Made by a program: the position numbers and the translations under genes. From positions 372,001 to 436,000 of the forward strand of contig RSEE01000012.1 in assembly GCA_003971905.1 (NCBI GenBank): a DNA stretch of 64,000 nucleotides, written 5' to 3'. Within the stretch, counting starts at the first letter, position 1. Each line of letters opens with the position of its first letter. The notes under the pieces are model-generated. The model saw only the letters and a program-made list of their open reading frames with translations, did not search any database and was not told the origin of the DNA. This document shows, one piece after another, positions 28,166 to 40,636 of the stretch. This DNA is from Moniliella sp. 'wahieum'. Taxonomy: Eukaryota.

Positions 28166-29534
28166 ATGGCCTCAACTCAGCCACCTGCGCCTGGCGCCGG
28201 CCCGCTACTCCCGCCGCTCAAGCGCGCCACCGCCGTGCTTGTGGTCGGCATGGCCGGATCGGGTAAGTCCACCTTTGCTGCCCGTCTCGCCAAGGAGAGT
28301 GACGCGCGCTTTGACCGCGCCCAAGCCGCCCGCCCGGCAATGGAGGAAGGCGGGGCTCGTATGTGGTCAACTTGGACCCGGCCGCGATGGAGCTGGGGTA
28401 CGAGCCGAATGTTGACATTCGCGATACCGTCGACTACAAACAGGTGATGGAGCAGTACAACCTGGGTCCCAATGGCGGTATTCTCACCGCGCTCAACTTG
28501 TTTGCCACCAAGTTTGACCAAGTCCTCGGTATTCTCGAGCGCCGCGCCGACTCGGTGGATGAGATTGTTATGGATACACCAGGTCAAATCGAGATCTTTA
28601 CGTGGAGCGCCAGTGGAGCGTTGATTACGAGCGCCATGCAGAGCTCGGCTGTGCCAACGGTGGTGGCGTACGTGATCGACACACCGCGTACCACCTCGCC
28701 AGCGACGTTCATGTCCAACATGCTGTACGCCTGTTCGATCATGTACAAGACCCGTCTTCCATTCGTGCTGGTGTTTAACAAGACCGACCAACAGGACTGG
28801 TCCTTTGCACGCGAGTGGATGGACGACTTTGAGGCGTATCAACAGGCGCTTGCCGATGCTGGCGACCCAACTACCCCAGCCGTCCCCCTCGGACCGGCTG
28901 GCACCCGCACCCTGCCATCGCTCATCGAAAGGCAGACGACGATGGCCACTACATGAACAGCTTGATGAACAGCATGGCGCTGGTGCTGGACGAGTTTTAC
29001 TCGACATTGAACGTATGTATTTCGTCCGTTTGCTCTGCCTGCACTCGCCCCTCCCAATTAACCTCACCTATCCGTTTCCTCCTTGCCTTTTTTGCCGTTT
29101 TTTTTCGTGTCTGCCAGGCCGTCGGTGTCTCCTCTACCACGGGCGCTGGATTCGATGACTTTTTCACTGCGCTCGCCAAGGCACGGGAAGAATTTGTCAC
29201 CGAGGTGCGACCGTCGGTCGAGTTACGTGCGGCCGAACGGCAAGCGCGGCTCGACAAGGAAAAGACAAAGGGCCTGCAACGTCTCATGCGGGATATGGAT
29301 CTGACCCCTGGTGCGGCGAGCGCGATGGGAGCCGCGACTGGCACCGCCGACTCGGACGACGAGCCGGCGGAGCAAGAGATTGAACAAGAGTATGACGGCG
29401 ATGGCCAGATCCTTGATCCCGACGCCGATGAGGTCAAGCCCGACACGGCATTTACCAATATGATGGCCCGGCCAGGTCTGTCAGCTGGGCGAGCGTATGG
29501 GGCAGATGGGACGGTATGGCCTCGGACACAATAA
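28166..29534 (+). CDS. GPN1: GPN-loop GTPase 1 (Npa3/XAB1), RNA polymerase II biogenesis
   Basis: [72 protein letters not shown]; intron ~29013-29117. Confidence 0.97.
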
Positions 29535-29663
29535 TTGTGATGCGAAGATCTATGATGGATGCGATGCTGATCGACCGAACTGGTCTGGCGCTCCGGGCAG
29601 ACATTGACTCCAAAGGGGGCCAGATGGGTGTAGATGCTAGATACCAATTGTATGAATAAGGAC

Positions 29664-32600
29664 CTAGGGCAGCCTAGGGAGCGCGCCAGGCGCTGCCGGT
29701 GCCGCCAGCACCATCTGGCCAGGTACGTTGGCGTCCGAGCAAGCCAAGGTCGTCTCAAGGAACAGGGCGGGCTGGGACCCCAGGTTGCGCACCACGACCG
29801 TGCCGCCATGGGGTAGCCACCAAAGCGTTCGGCCCGCACGCGCTTCTCGCGCCCGGCATCGCTGGCGTCCTCCATGCCCGCCACCAGCTTGGACGCCGGA
29901 CCGGGGCGGTACGGGTAGACGTCCAGCCCGAGTTGGGGATCGGGCCAGATGTCGCCTGCCCGGAGAGCCTGAGAGGCGGGGGACGGGTGAATGCGTGGGT
30001 CAGCCGGCAGAAAGACATCACGTTGGTCTGTTGACTCCCTAGCTGGTTTTCGACCTCCCGAAAGCGCCCACCGCCCCCCACCTTCGATCATAGCTTCCGC
30101 TCGCTCTTCCCCAGTGAGCGTAGCAATGTAGCCAGCGTGGCGCAGCCGCTGGTCTTTGTGGGAAGTGACGGTGGAGTAGGCAAGGTGTTGTCGGGCACCA
30201 CCGCGGGCGCGCACGGTACTGGCCGGCAAGCCGTACCGAACCTCGTCCTTAATCTTGCGCAATTGATCTGGGAAGAGAAATCCATGCGAGAAGGGCGTGC
30301 CGCTGGCCGGATGGTCGTACATCCAACACCGCTCCGAAACAAACGTCACACTCTGCCCCAGGTCGTGGCGAGAGCCATAGAGAACAGTGTTACCAGGGTG
30401 GCTCTCCAGCCACGTAGAGATCCGCTCGCCCTCTTTCCCGCGTTGGTGCGCTTGCGCCTGGGACGATTGGGCGATCCAGTCCACGACATCGGTCGTCAGC
30501 GCATACGTTCCGCCGGCGAGACGGTGCTGTTCGGTTTGATAGCCCCACACGGTGCGGACACGGGGAGCCAGACGCAGGTGTCGCTCCAACTCGTCGAGCA
30601 CAACAAACGAATCGTCGTCCGTCTTGACAAAGTAATCCGCTACCTTCCACCGAACCTCCGTTTCGTTCCCGTCGCGCACCAGGATCGGCACATGCGCATG
30701 CTACTGGCCCATTTGAGCAAAGGGTAGGCCAGCTGCGCACTCCACGCGTCCTTTTGCCGGCGTGAGGATACGTCGACGTCCAAAAGTGCAAGGTCATTGT
30801 ACAGTGCCCCTTCCATCTCCACCGCCGCACGCTCCTCCTCTGACGGTTTAGGCAGGACAAATTTGACTTGGACATTGCCCGTGGGCCGGTCCTGTGCGTC
30901 CCGGGGCACAGTGAGGCGAGCCCAGGTGTGGCGGATGAGGTGCCGTCGATGTTGTGCGTCGGGGGTGTGTGTCGGACAAGACCGCAACGAACATGTCGAC
31001 CGGCGCGAGGGTATCGGCCATCTCATGCGGAAACGAGGGTTGGGTAGCGCAATGCAAACGCCATGGCCGCGGTTGACCCTCAATCCTCACGTCCCGGTAG
31101 AAACGGAAGAGTTGGACCAAACCAGCGCCTAAACCAGCAAGAATCGCGATCGCTGTGCCCGCCATGAGCAACAACAGCAACAGCATCCCGGACGTCGATA
31201 GGCCTTGGGTTTCCTCCTCGGGATCAATCACACCAAACCGAATCGAGAGGTACCGCTGCAAACGAGATAGAGGACCCGGCTCGCGCGGTATGGCCGTAGA
31301 GCGTCGGTGACGAGCATCGGCGCGAGAAGAGGAGAGGGCAGGAGTGTGTCGTCGCCTTGGGGATGCACCGGAACGGCCAGGGGAATAGGCGCTGGAGTAC
31401 ACGTCAGGCACTGTGCTTCCGGCGTTGGATGGTGGGAAATTCGTGGGGCGGGGGGACCAGTCCATTGAGGCGGGTACTGAGGCGGTTCGGGTTGAGCACA
31501 AATGAGTCCTGTCGCGTTGCCAGCGCGGTCTCGATATCGTCGTCCACATCATCGTCCAGCGTATCCTCAAGTCCTGGATCGATGCCCGAATGCCGGGAAT
31601 CGGAATCATCCAGGTCGCTCTCCGAAGAGGACTCGGCATAGTGGGCGCTGAGGGCTGAGAGCGAGACTGAGGGAGCGCCGAACCGACATCAGACAAATCG
31701 TCCGCCATGTCTGATGGGTTGAGCGGTGCATCCATCGTGGAAGGGGGATCGTGCCACACGGGAGGGATGGGAGAAAATGCACCGCCATTGGGATTGGGGG
31801 AGGGGGGGTTGGAAAGTCGCGAGATAAAGCGGGAGCCAGGAGGGACGTAGGCTTGGACTGCCGGTGTAGAGTACGCCGAAGGGCCAAACGTGTCCGAGGG
31901 TGCGTGATTGGAAGAAGGGTTGGAGGAGGAAGGCGAAGTGAGTTGATGCGCTTGCGCCATAAACGCGCGCCGATCTCGTATCGCCTCCAGCGCCTTGCCC
32001 ACGCCACGCCGAGCATCGGCAGCCGAGGCTGGTATAGGCAACTCGTCGTCCCCTATGGCAGCAGCCGCGGCAAGAGACTGGTCAAGCCGCACAGGCGGCT
32101 GAGTGGGAGACAGCAGACCCCCGACCTGACTGGTGCTGAATCGTCGGTTGGAAGCAGAAGGAGGGGGGGAGCGTGGGCTGGGCTACGCGGGGGGCCGACG
32201 AAGCGGTGAGGGTTGGCGCCAGGGGACGGATTGGGAGACCCAGTGAAGCGGATGGGCAAGACGGGGGGGGAAGGCGTGGGTGGGGCAAGAGGCTGGGTTA
32301 GAGTGGCACCGCTCTCCGAAAGGGACATGGGGTCGTTCGAGGGCGGTGGGCGGCGCGAACGGCCGCCGACACGGCGGGGATCAACGATGGGAGATGGCTC
32401 GGAAGGAAGGGAAGCCTGTCCGAGAGGGGCGCACGACCAACGATGCGCGGCGGTCCTACGCTAGGAGAGGCGGAGGCGGGCGCGGGGTGTGGCAGGGGTG
32501 CCGGCGCGGCGGGCGCCGGCAGGGGCTGCATGGCGTGGAAGCCAGGGTGCGGGCGCGAGGGGGCGCTGTTGGGCGTGGGGCGGGCGGGACGCGCGAGGAG

Positions 32601-32872
32601 GCAGCGGGGATGCCAGGGCTGCGTTGGACGCGGTCGGTGGAAGGGAAGTGGTAGGAGGGAGGCGGCAGAGAAGGGCGAGTGCGGGGGTAATGTGGCTGGG
32701 GATAGCCTGGTGGTGGTTCGATCGTTGCGCTGAGATGGGCGCGAAGAGCGGCGACAGCGGTGGCGTTGGCGGTGGCGGTGGTGGTGGCGCTGGGAGCGGT
32801 GGTGGCAGTGGCAGTGGTGGTGGTGGGGGGGGTGGCAGCAGCGGCGTCCGCCTCGTCGTCGGACGCACTCAT
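29664..32872 (-). CDS. Glycosyltransferase family 31 (beta-1,3-galactosyltransferase-like) type II membrane protein with long disordered N-terminus
   Basis: Single TM segment GMLLLLLLMAGTAIAILAGLGAGLV; RRHLIRHTW; VKFVL; EGALYNDL; DYFVKTDDDSFVVLDEL; LAGGTYALTTDVVDWI. Confidence 0.8.
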
Positions 32873-33197
32873 GGATGGGAGGCAGCGGTTAGAGGTCCGG
32901 GGGAAGATGGTGGTGGAGGGGGGATTCCACGCTGGCTGGCTGCATGCGCCGACGGGTGACGGGGTGACGTGCGACGATGGATGGCGATGAGGATGGAGAT
33001 TGAGTGAGTCCGAGGGCTGGGTACTCCAACGGGGTTGCATGCGATGCAATGCTCCATGCATGAGCATGAGGCCCTGCGGCCTGAGGCGCGTCCGATGCGT
33101 GGTCTGTGACACGGAGGCGCACTGCCCCCGTGCTTCGGCGCCTGGCACCAGTGCAGCATTGGGCCAGCCAGCCGACGCCCCGCCGCCTCCAGGCTGG

Positions 33198-33500
33198 GTG
33201 ACCTAGTGACCTAGTGACCGGTGACCGGCGCGCACGGCAGCGCATCTCTACACCGGCCCCGTGCACACTTTCCCCACGCAGCATGGCGCCACTGCGCGCC
33301 AGCGCAAACCCTAGGGGATGTGCTGCTGGGGCTGCGGTCCGCTGCTGCGTGGCTCTGCTACGGATTGCGAGCCACTGGTCACTAGTCACTGACTACTCAC
33401 GCGTCACAAGTCGCGAGTCACTAGTCACTAGCTAGTCACTAGTCACTAGTTCACTGCGGTCGCGTGCCTAGCCACGCGTCACGCGTCACGCGTCACTACT
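33198..33500. repeat. Low-complexity arrays of CTAGTCA/GTGACC and CACGCGT units
   Basis: gtgacctagtgacctagtgaccggtgaccgg; cactagtcactagctagtcactagtcactag; cacgcgtcacgcgtcacgcgtcac. Confidence 0.75.
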
Positions 33501-33786
33501 GCCTCAAGGAACCACCAACACACTCAACGTGCTCATCAGCACCACCACTCTCGTGCGTCTGTGCGCATCCTGCAGCCCCGCCCACGCCGCGTCTGGCAGC
33601 ATGACGCTGGCATGAAGCCATGCCGCCAGACGCAGCGCCACCACCACCACCTCCCTTGCCCATCCCCCACGCTGCGCTGCCAGCAGCGCCACGCCCAGCA
33701 TTCCCACCATGCGATCATCCTCGATACCCAGCGCCATTCCACGGTTAACAGAGTCAACATTCCATTCCATCCTCATGCGCGATAAA

Positions 33787-33826
33787 CAGGCAGGCAGACA
33801 GGCAGGCAGGCAGGCAGGCAGGCAGA
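33787..33826 (+). repeat. (CAGG)n tetranucleotide microsatellite immediately 3' of HIS4
   Basis: caggcaggcagacaggcaggcaggcaggcaggcaggcaga. Confidence 0.85.
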
Positions 33827-33829
33827 CGT

Positions 33830-36800
33830 CTACGCCCGCGAAGCTAGCGCCGCCAGACGCACCCGCACCGCCTGGGCGTGCGCCTCCAGCCCCTCACACT
33901 CGGCCAAGTGCACCACATGCGGACCGAGTCCCTGCAGACCCTGGCCGTCAGGCTCTGGGACGTAATGTGCTTCTCGAACGTCGACGTCGACACCACTGTA
34001 TTGACGTGCAAATCCATACGTCGGCAGGGTGTGGTTCGTGCCCGACGCATAGTCACCACAGCTGCTAACGTGTCAGTACACATCCCCTTAGCTTCATCCC
34101 ACACGCGTCGAAACAAAAACTTACCTCTCCGGGCTCCAGGCACCCACAAAGACAGATCCCGCGTTCGTCACGTCCGCCACCAGTGCCTCCGCATCTTCAA
34201 CTTGCAGAATCAAGTGCTCCGGAGCATATGCGTTCGACCAGGCAATCGCCTCTTTCCGGTCCTTGACCACCACCGTCACCGACTTGGAAATCGCCACCCG
34301 CACCGTGTCCACACGAGGGAGACGGTGCGCCTGCGCATCCAGTTCGTCGTCAATCGCCTTCAGCTCAGCGTCTGTCAAGTCAATCGCAACCAGCACCACC
34401 ATGCTGTCAACACCGTGCTCCGCTTGGCTCAGCAGGTCACTCGCCACAAACGCCGGGTTGGCCTGCTTGTCCGCAATCACCAGCACTCCGAAGGGCCCGC
34501 CGGCATGTCGATCCCACCAGGGCCGACGAGTCGTTCGACACGATCATCTTGGCGGCCGTGACAAACTGATTGCCCGGACCCGCAATCTTGTCCACCTTGG
34601 GCACCGTCTCCGTCCCATACGCCATCGCAGCCACAGCTGGGCACCACCAGCAGCAACAATGCAAGTCGCCTTGAGCAGCGACGCCACATACAGCACCTCC
34701 GGCACAATGCTCCCGTCCGGCCGAGGAGGCGTGGCCAAGACCAGCGTGTTGCACCAGCCACAAGCGCGGGCACACCCAGCATCAGCGCCGTCGACGGCAA
34801 CCGCCGTCCCGCCGGGCACATACAGTCCCACCCGTTCCACTGGACGAGCAAACCGGCGGCACACCACCCCAGGCTGGGTCCACCTCAAGCACAGCCTCTT
34901 GGACGGCCTTCGTAGAGAGAGAGGCAGTCGTAGCGACGGGCTTGTTCCCCGTGCTTTTCTGTGCCGCGTGGAAAGAGTATTGCGGAATGCCACATCGATG
35001 GCCTCCTTGACCTCGGGTTTGATCAGCGACATGACTTTGTCCGTCACGTAGGGGGCCGTGACGACCGGGGTGGAGAGGGAGGTGCAGCGATCCAACTTGG
35101 CCGTGTACTCTAGCAAGGCCTTGTCGCCACCCTGACGCACGTTGGCAAGGATGGCTTCACAATCTCTTGGATCTCGGCACTCTTGATAGCAGGGCGCTGC
35201 AGAAGGCGTTTCCTCTCGGCGTCCGAGAGAGAAGCAGCACGGTAGGTTGTCAAGTGGATACGATCGTTGGGATCAGCGCGAGCGGCGGCGGCTTGTTTCC
35301 GCGCAAGTGAGCCAGACGCACCCGTACCGCCTGAGCATGGGCTTCCAGCCCCTCACACTCGGCCAAGTGCACCACATGCGGACCGAGTCCTTGCAGACCC
35401 TCGGCCGTCAGGCTCTGGGACGTATGTGCTTCTCGAATGTCGACGTCGACACACCACTGTATTGACGTGCAAATCCATACGTGGCAGGGTGTGGTTCGTG
35501 CCCGACGCATAGTCACCACAGCTGCTAACGTGTCAGTACACATCCCCTTAGCTTCATCCCACACGCGTCGAAACAAAAACTTACCTCTCCGGGCTCCAGG
35601 CACCCACAAAGACAGATCCGCGTTCGTCACGTCCGCCACCAGTGCCTCCGCATCTTCAACTTGCAGAATCAAGTGCTCCGGAGCATATGCGTTCGACCAG
35701 GCAATCGCCTCTTTCCGGTCCTTGACCACCACCGTCACCGACTTGGAAATCGCCACCCGCACCGTGTCCACACGAGGGAGACGGTGCGCCTGCGCATCCA
35801 GTTCGTCGTCAATCGCCTTCAGCTCAGCGTCTGTCAAGTCAATCGCAACCAGCACCACCATGCTGTCAACACCGTGCTCCGCTTGGCTCAGCAGGTCACT
35901 CGCCACAAACGCCGGGTTGGCCTGCTTGTCCGCAATCACCAGCACTCCGAAGGGCCCGCCGGCATGTCGATCCCCACCAGGGCCGACGAGTCGTTCGACA
36001 CGATCATCTTGGCGGCCGTGACAAACTGATTGCCCGGACCCGCAATCTTGTCCACCTTGGGCACCGTCTCCGTCCCATACGCCATCGCAGCCACAGCTTG
36101 GGCACCACCAGCAGCAACAATGCAAGTCGCCTTGAGCAGCGACGCCACATACAGCACCTCCGGCACAATGCTCCCGTCCGGCCGAGGAGGCGTGGCCAAG
36201 ACCAGCGTGTTGCACCAGCCACAAGCGCGGGCACACCCAGCATCAGCGCCGTCGACGGCAACACCGCCGTCCCGCCGGGCACATACAGTCCCACCCGTTC
36301 CACTGGACGAGCAAACCGGCGGCACACCACCCCAGGCTGGGTCTCCACCTCGAGCACAGCCTCTTCGACCGCGTTTGCCGTGGGAGCGCCGGTGGTGCGG
36401 CGGCGGCGGCCAAACCGGGCTTGTTGCCGTCCGTCTTCTTTTGGGCAGCGTGGAACGAGTAAATGTTACGGAAGGCAACGTCGATCGCCTCTTTGACCTC
36501 GGGCTTGATCTGCGACATGACCTGGTCGTTGACATAGGGTGCCGTGACCACGGGCGAAGAGAGGGCGGTGCACTTATCAAATTTGGCAGTGTACTCCAAC
36601 AGTGCCTTGTCCCCGCGCGTGCGAACGTCTTCAATGATAGGGCGAGCAATGTCTTGGATTTCGCTCGTTTTGATTGCCGGCCGCTGGAGCAACTCTTTCT
36701 TCTCTTCAGGAGAAAGGGCTGCGGCACGGTAGGTAGTGAGAGCAATGGTCCTTGGTCGCCGACGTAGTAGCCGGAGCCGGTGTTGTGCCTGTCGCACTCG

Positions 36801-38000
36801 ACAAGTAGGCCGGTTTGGCATTGCCAGGGCGGCGCTGGACCTTCTTCGCCTTGCCATCAAGTGCGCGTTCCACATCCTCCAGCGTCACGCCCGCCTTGAC
36901 ACAACGGACCATGGCAAAGTAGAGCAAATCGGCCATTTCGAAGGCAACATGGTCCTTGTCGCTGTCCTCCGCATCGATGAGCTCCTGAGCTTCTTCCCGT
37001 AGCTTGGCGGAAAGGAGCTGCTGGTCGGAAAACAGGCGGGCCGTGTAGCTGCCTGCCGGTGCGTTAGCCTTGCGCTCAACAATCGTGTCCTGCAACTTCT
37101 CCAGGCCCGTCTTGAACCCAAAGCAGCTGCTCCGTACAGGCAAGTGACAGAACCCTCGCCGTTGTGACCGGGATGCTGTTCCACCCGCATTTCAACGCAT
37201 CCAGGTCGCAATCGAGGCGAATGCACCGCACGGTTTGGGTAGCGCCACTGGTCAGGCCCTTGTGCCACAAGCCACGCGTGCGACTCTGGTAGATCCCATT
37301 GCCAGACAACAGACTGGCCCGGAGCGATTCGGACGACGAGTAGACCAAGCCCAAACACTGCCCACTGGCACTAGTAACCACCGTCGCATACAATCCATCC
37401 GGCCGGTCAGTCTTGAGCGGACCCAAGAACAGGTCGGCAAAGTCCATCACCCCGGGCTCAGTAGAGCGAGTGGACGAGAAGCTGAGGTTGGACAGGGAGG
37501 CGACGGCTGTACCACCGAGGTGGACTAGGTTTTTTACCGCCTCCACGTCAGGGGACTGGTAGGGATACCCACAATGCCCGTCCGGTCTTGCTCGGCTCGA
37601 GGTGGCGGACGAGCGCCTTGACATGGTCACGGCAATCGGGCGCAGTGGAGGCGTAAAAAATGCCAGCAAGGGCAGGGGCCGCTTGGAGAGCCGGTTCGAC
37701 CAGCGCCGGGTCATCGACGGCGAAAATGATGCGCTCAGCAGGCAGGACGGCCAGAAGAGCAAGATCCGGAGTGATGATGGCATCGGCGCCATTGTTGAGG
37801 ATGTTGGACGCCTCACTGGCATCGGATTCGGAAACAAAGACCACATAGGGCTGCGACAGGGGCAAGCGGCCGTCGACCAAGTGCGAGGGTTCCACCAGCA
37901 GCGGCGCAGCACGGCTAAGGATGGCGGCTGTAGCTGCGTCGGGCAGGTGCGCCGCGATGGCCGAGGGCACTACGGGTACGCCGAGCGGAAATGAGCTCAT
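33830..38000 (-). CDS. HIS4: Trifunctional histidine biosynthesis protein (PR-AMP cyclohydrolase / PR-ATP pyrophosphohydrolase / histidinol dehydrogenase) with a tandem-duplicated HisD domain
   Basis: His[46 protein letters not shown]. His[32 protein letters not shown]. HisD, twice: [83 protein letters not shown]. Confidence 0.97.
33885..36365. repeat. Direct repeat of about 1 kb (33885-34900 vs 35344-36365), the HisD core including a 63-nt intron
   Basis: Near base-for-base identity on visual comparison; introns at 34062-34124 and 35522-35584 are identical. Confidence 0.95.
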
Positions 38001-38112
38001 GCTGGGGGGGCAGAGCGGGGGGGGAGCAGGAAGAAGACGAGAAGGAGAAGGAAGAGGCAGGGGGGAGTGGAGGTGGCAGAAAAGGAGCACGGGAAGCGCG
38101 ACTGGGAGAGAA

Positions 38113-38119
38113 TGACTCA
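38113..38119. promoter_or_regulatory. Gcn4/CpcA (AP-1) element TGACTCA about 113 bp upstream of the HIS4 ATG
   Basis: aaTGACTCAa; HIS4 is a classical general-amino-acid-control target. Confidence 0.6.
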
Positions 38120-38763
38120 ATGTGCCAACTCGTCGGCCTTGGTCAGCGGCCGGTCGGCGATGTTGCGAGGCTGAGGCCAGTGTGGCCAAGTGCCGCCGCG
38201 TGTCGCGGGTCGCCGCCCCAAGGGTTCACGGAGAAGAAATTTCCTCCAGTACACGGCCGCGCTTTTTCCGTGCCCTTTCGCCGTGGGTATTAAAATTACC
38301 AATGCCCGCTCGGCCCATTTTAGTTGGTGCGGTGCGACAAGAAGCTCCGAAAGTAGGAATCCAACTCAACACTGCTCAAGCGTTCAAGCTCTCAAGCTTG
38401 CAGCTTGAAGCTTGACTTCCAAGTACTCAAAGACTCGGATATCAGATCTCAAGGAGCGTTCGAAAGCGAGCGTGTTATCACTGGCCAATTGGTCCCGAAA
38501 GGCCGGATATTGATTGGTGCTGCTCCTACATCATCTGCATCATTGCTGCCTCTGCTCTCCTCTTCGATGCTTGGTGCGCACCGCGGGCTATGGCCAAAAC
38601 AAGGTAGCCTGGGGATGAACGCCCCGTATGATGGAGCCGCCGTTGAGAGACGATGGCCATTGTCATTAACTAAAAGACACCCTCAAATTAGGGGGAAACA
38701 ATGCCGGGGAATGCAAACAAACTATGCTTAGTCGGCCAACTTGAGATGGTAGCCAGCACGAGC

Positions 38764-39649
38764 TCACAAGTCTGAATGAGAACCCTTTTTGGCACTCTTA
38801 GGCTTGCCCTTGGTGGCCTTAACTTTCTTGGGCTGAGAGCCCACTTTGGCCACTTCCGGCGACACTTCTTTCAGCCAGGAGAGAATGTTTTGAACTTAAG
38901 CAACCATCGTACACCTTGAAAGCAGACGCATCGCCAGGCGGGATGTAGAGCAGCTTGGCGCCCGAGCTGGCGTCCAAGTCCAGGTCAAGTGTCTTGCGGG
39001 CCGCCTCACGGACATCTTCGTGATCACTCCGGGCAGTAGCAAAGAAACAGCATCCTTAAAGTCGAGCGCCAAAGACTTTACAGGGGTGTCGAGGATGGCT
39101 TGGACGTAAAGAGAAGAACCTTGCCCTTGTCCTGCATAGAATAGGGTTAATACTCAAACGGCGAGTAAGGGGGGGAGGTCACGTACCTTGCTATCCACGA
39201 ATGACGCCAACTGGGAAGCAGATAGCTTCTTTACATTGGACAAGGGAAGCTCCGAAGTGGCATACTCAATCATGGCCTTAGCGGTGCGCTCGCCGCGGTA
39301 GTCCTTGGGGAGACGCTTCTTGGTGGGCGGGAACATCTTGATGGTCGGGAAGCCGGTTACACCGTACTTTTGGCACACTGCTGCATTGCGCTGGTCGTCG
39401 CAATCTACATTGACAAACTTGATAATGCCATCGAGGGAGCGGCTGGCCCGCTCGTATTCGGGCGACAGGTTGCGGCAGTGGCCACACCAAGGCGCAGTAA
39501 AGGCAACAAAGGTGGGCTTCGAGAGCGACAGGACTTCGTCGTCAAAGGTTTTGGCATCAGCGCTAACCACAGGAGAGTTGGAGGAAAAGAGAGCCGCTGA
39601 CACGGTCTGGCCCAAGGCCAGAAGCACAAGAAGGCCCGGGAAGAAGCAT
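38764..39649 (-). CDS. Protein disulfide isomerase family thioredoxin (Mpd1/P5-like), ER lumen
   Basis: Signal peptide MLLPG-LLVLLALGQTVSA (one indel); FTAPWCGHC; YGVTGFPTIK; DYRGERTA; C-terminal ...KKGSHSDL*. Confidence 0.9.
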
Positions 39650-40636
39650 GGGCACGAGCAGACTGGTGGTGGCGGAGAAGGTGGGAGTGGGGAAAATGCG
39701 TCCCAGGCTATTTGCCGTTCCACGTGGAGCTGGATCGGAGGCTCTGGCTGCATGAGGGTGGTGCTAGGGTTCCGCCGCACTCTCCTCAATTAATGGGCGA
39801 CCGGTGACTAGTCCGGTAACCGGTGACGTGCAACGCCTTCGTTGGCTCCGAATTGATTCCTTGCTCTGTCTCTTTCCCTTCAGCTTGCTTGAAGAGCGTG
39901 TGGCTAGCCGCCCTGCCGTCTCGTACGCCTTGGAAAATCTCTCGTGCTGCCCATAGCGTTCCATAGCGGCACATGAGCGCGGGCTTCCATGCAATCCAGA
40001 GCCTCTGAAACCTGGGAACGTGAACACCGTGAAGTGTACAACCAGCAGTGAGAGCTGGCGGACAACGACGGAATCTCCTCGTCAAAGCCTGCTTTCCGTC
40101 GGGCTTTTCCTTTCAGGAAAGTCCAGATATAAACATGTACTAAAGACGCAGGAAATGCAAGGATATGGGTGGAGAACATCTGGAAATGTAGAGCAATGCA
40201 ATCGCAGTGGGGGTGGTTGAGAAGCCTCAACCTCAGTTAGCCGGGTCTATAAGCCTTCTGCCACACCTACCAGCACAGGAGACATGGTTCGAACAAGCAG
40301 AGAGTATACGTGGAGGAGGCTTTAGACGTCAAAGAAGGGGGAACGGATGATAAGGCGCCTTGACCATTTTGTACGGGACCGCGGGTCCCGACAAAATACA
40401 TCCATGTCATCGCTACATCTGTGTTGGGCGTAGTAAGGGAACCTGAATACTGAAATGGTGGCAAAATGCAGAGGTAAGAGCGCGATCACGGTAAGGGTCA
40501 TTGAATTCACAGAGTGAGCTCGATTAGTATAGTCAGAGAACCCCAATGTGGGTCCCTCTAAAACAAGGAGGCAAATTATGTGGCGAAAGCAGTAAGTTGC
40601 CTTGCCCGACTACTAAGTAACGTGTACGAATGGAAA

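Noticed and set aside
33198..33500. Repeat arrays as CRISPR or telomeric repeats
   Set aside because: Eukaryotic context, no repeat-spacer structure, not TTAGGG-type
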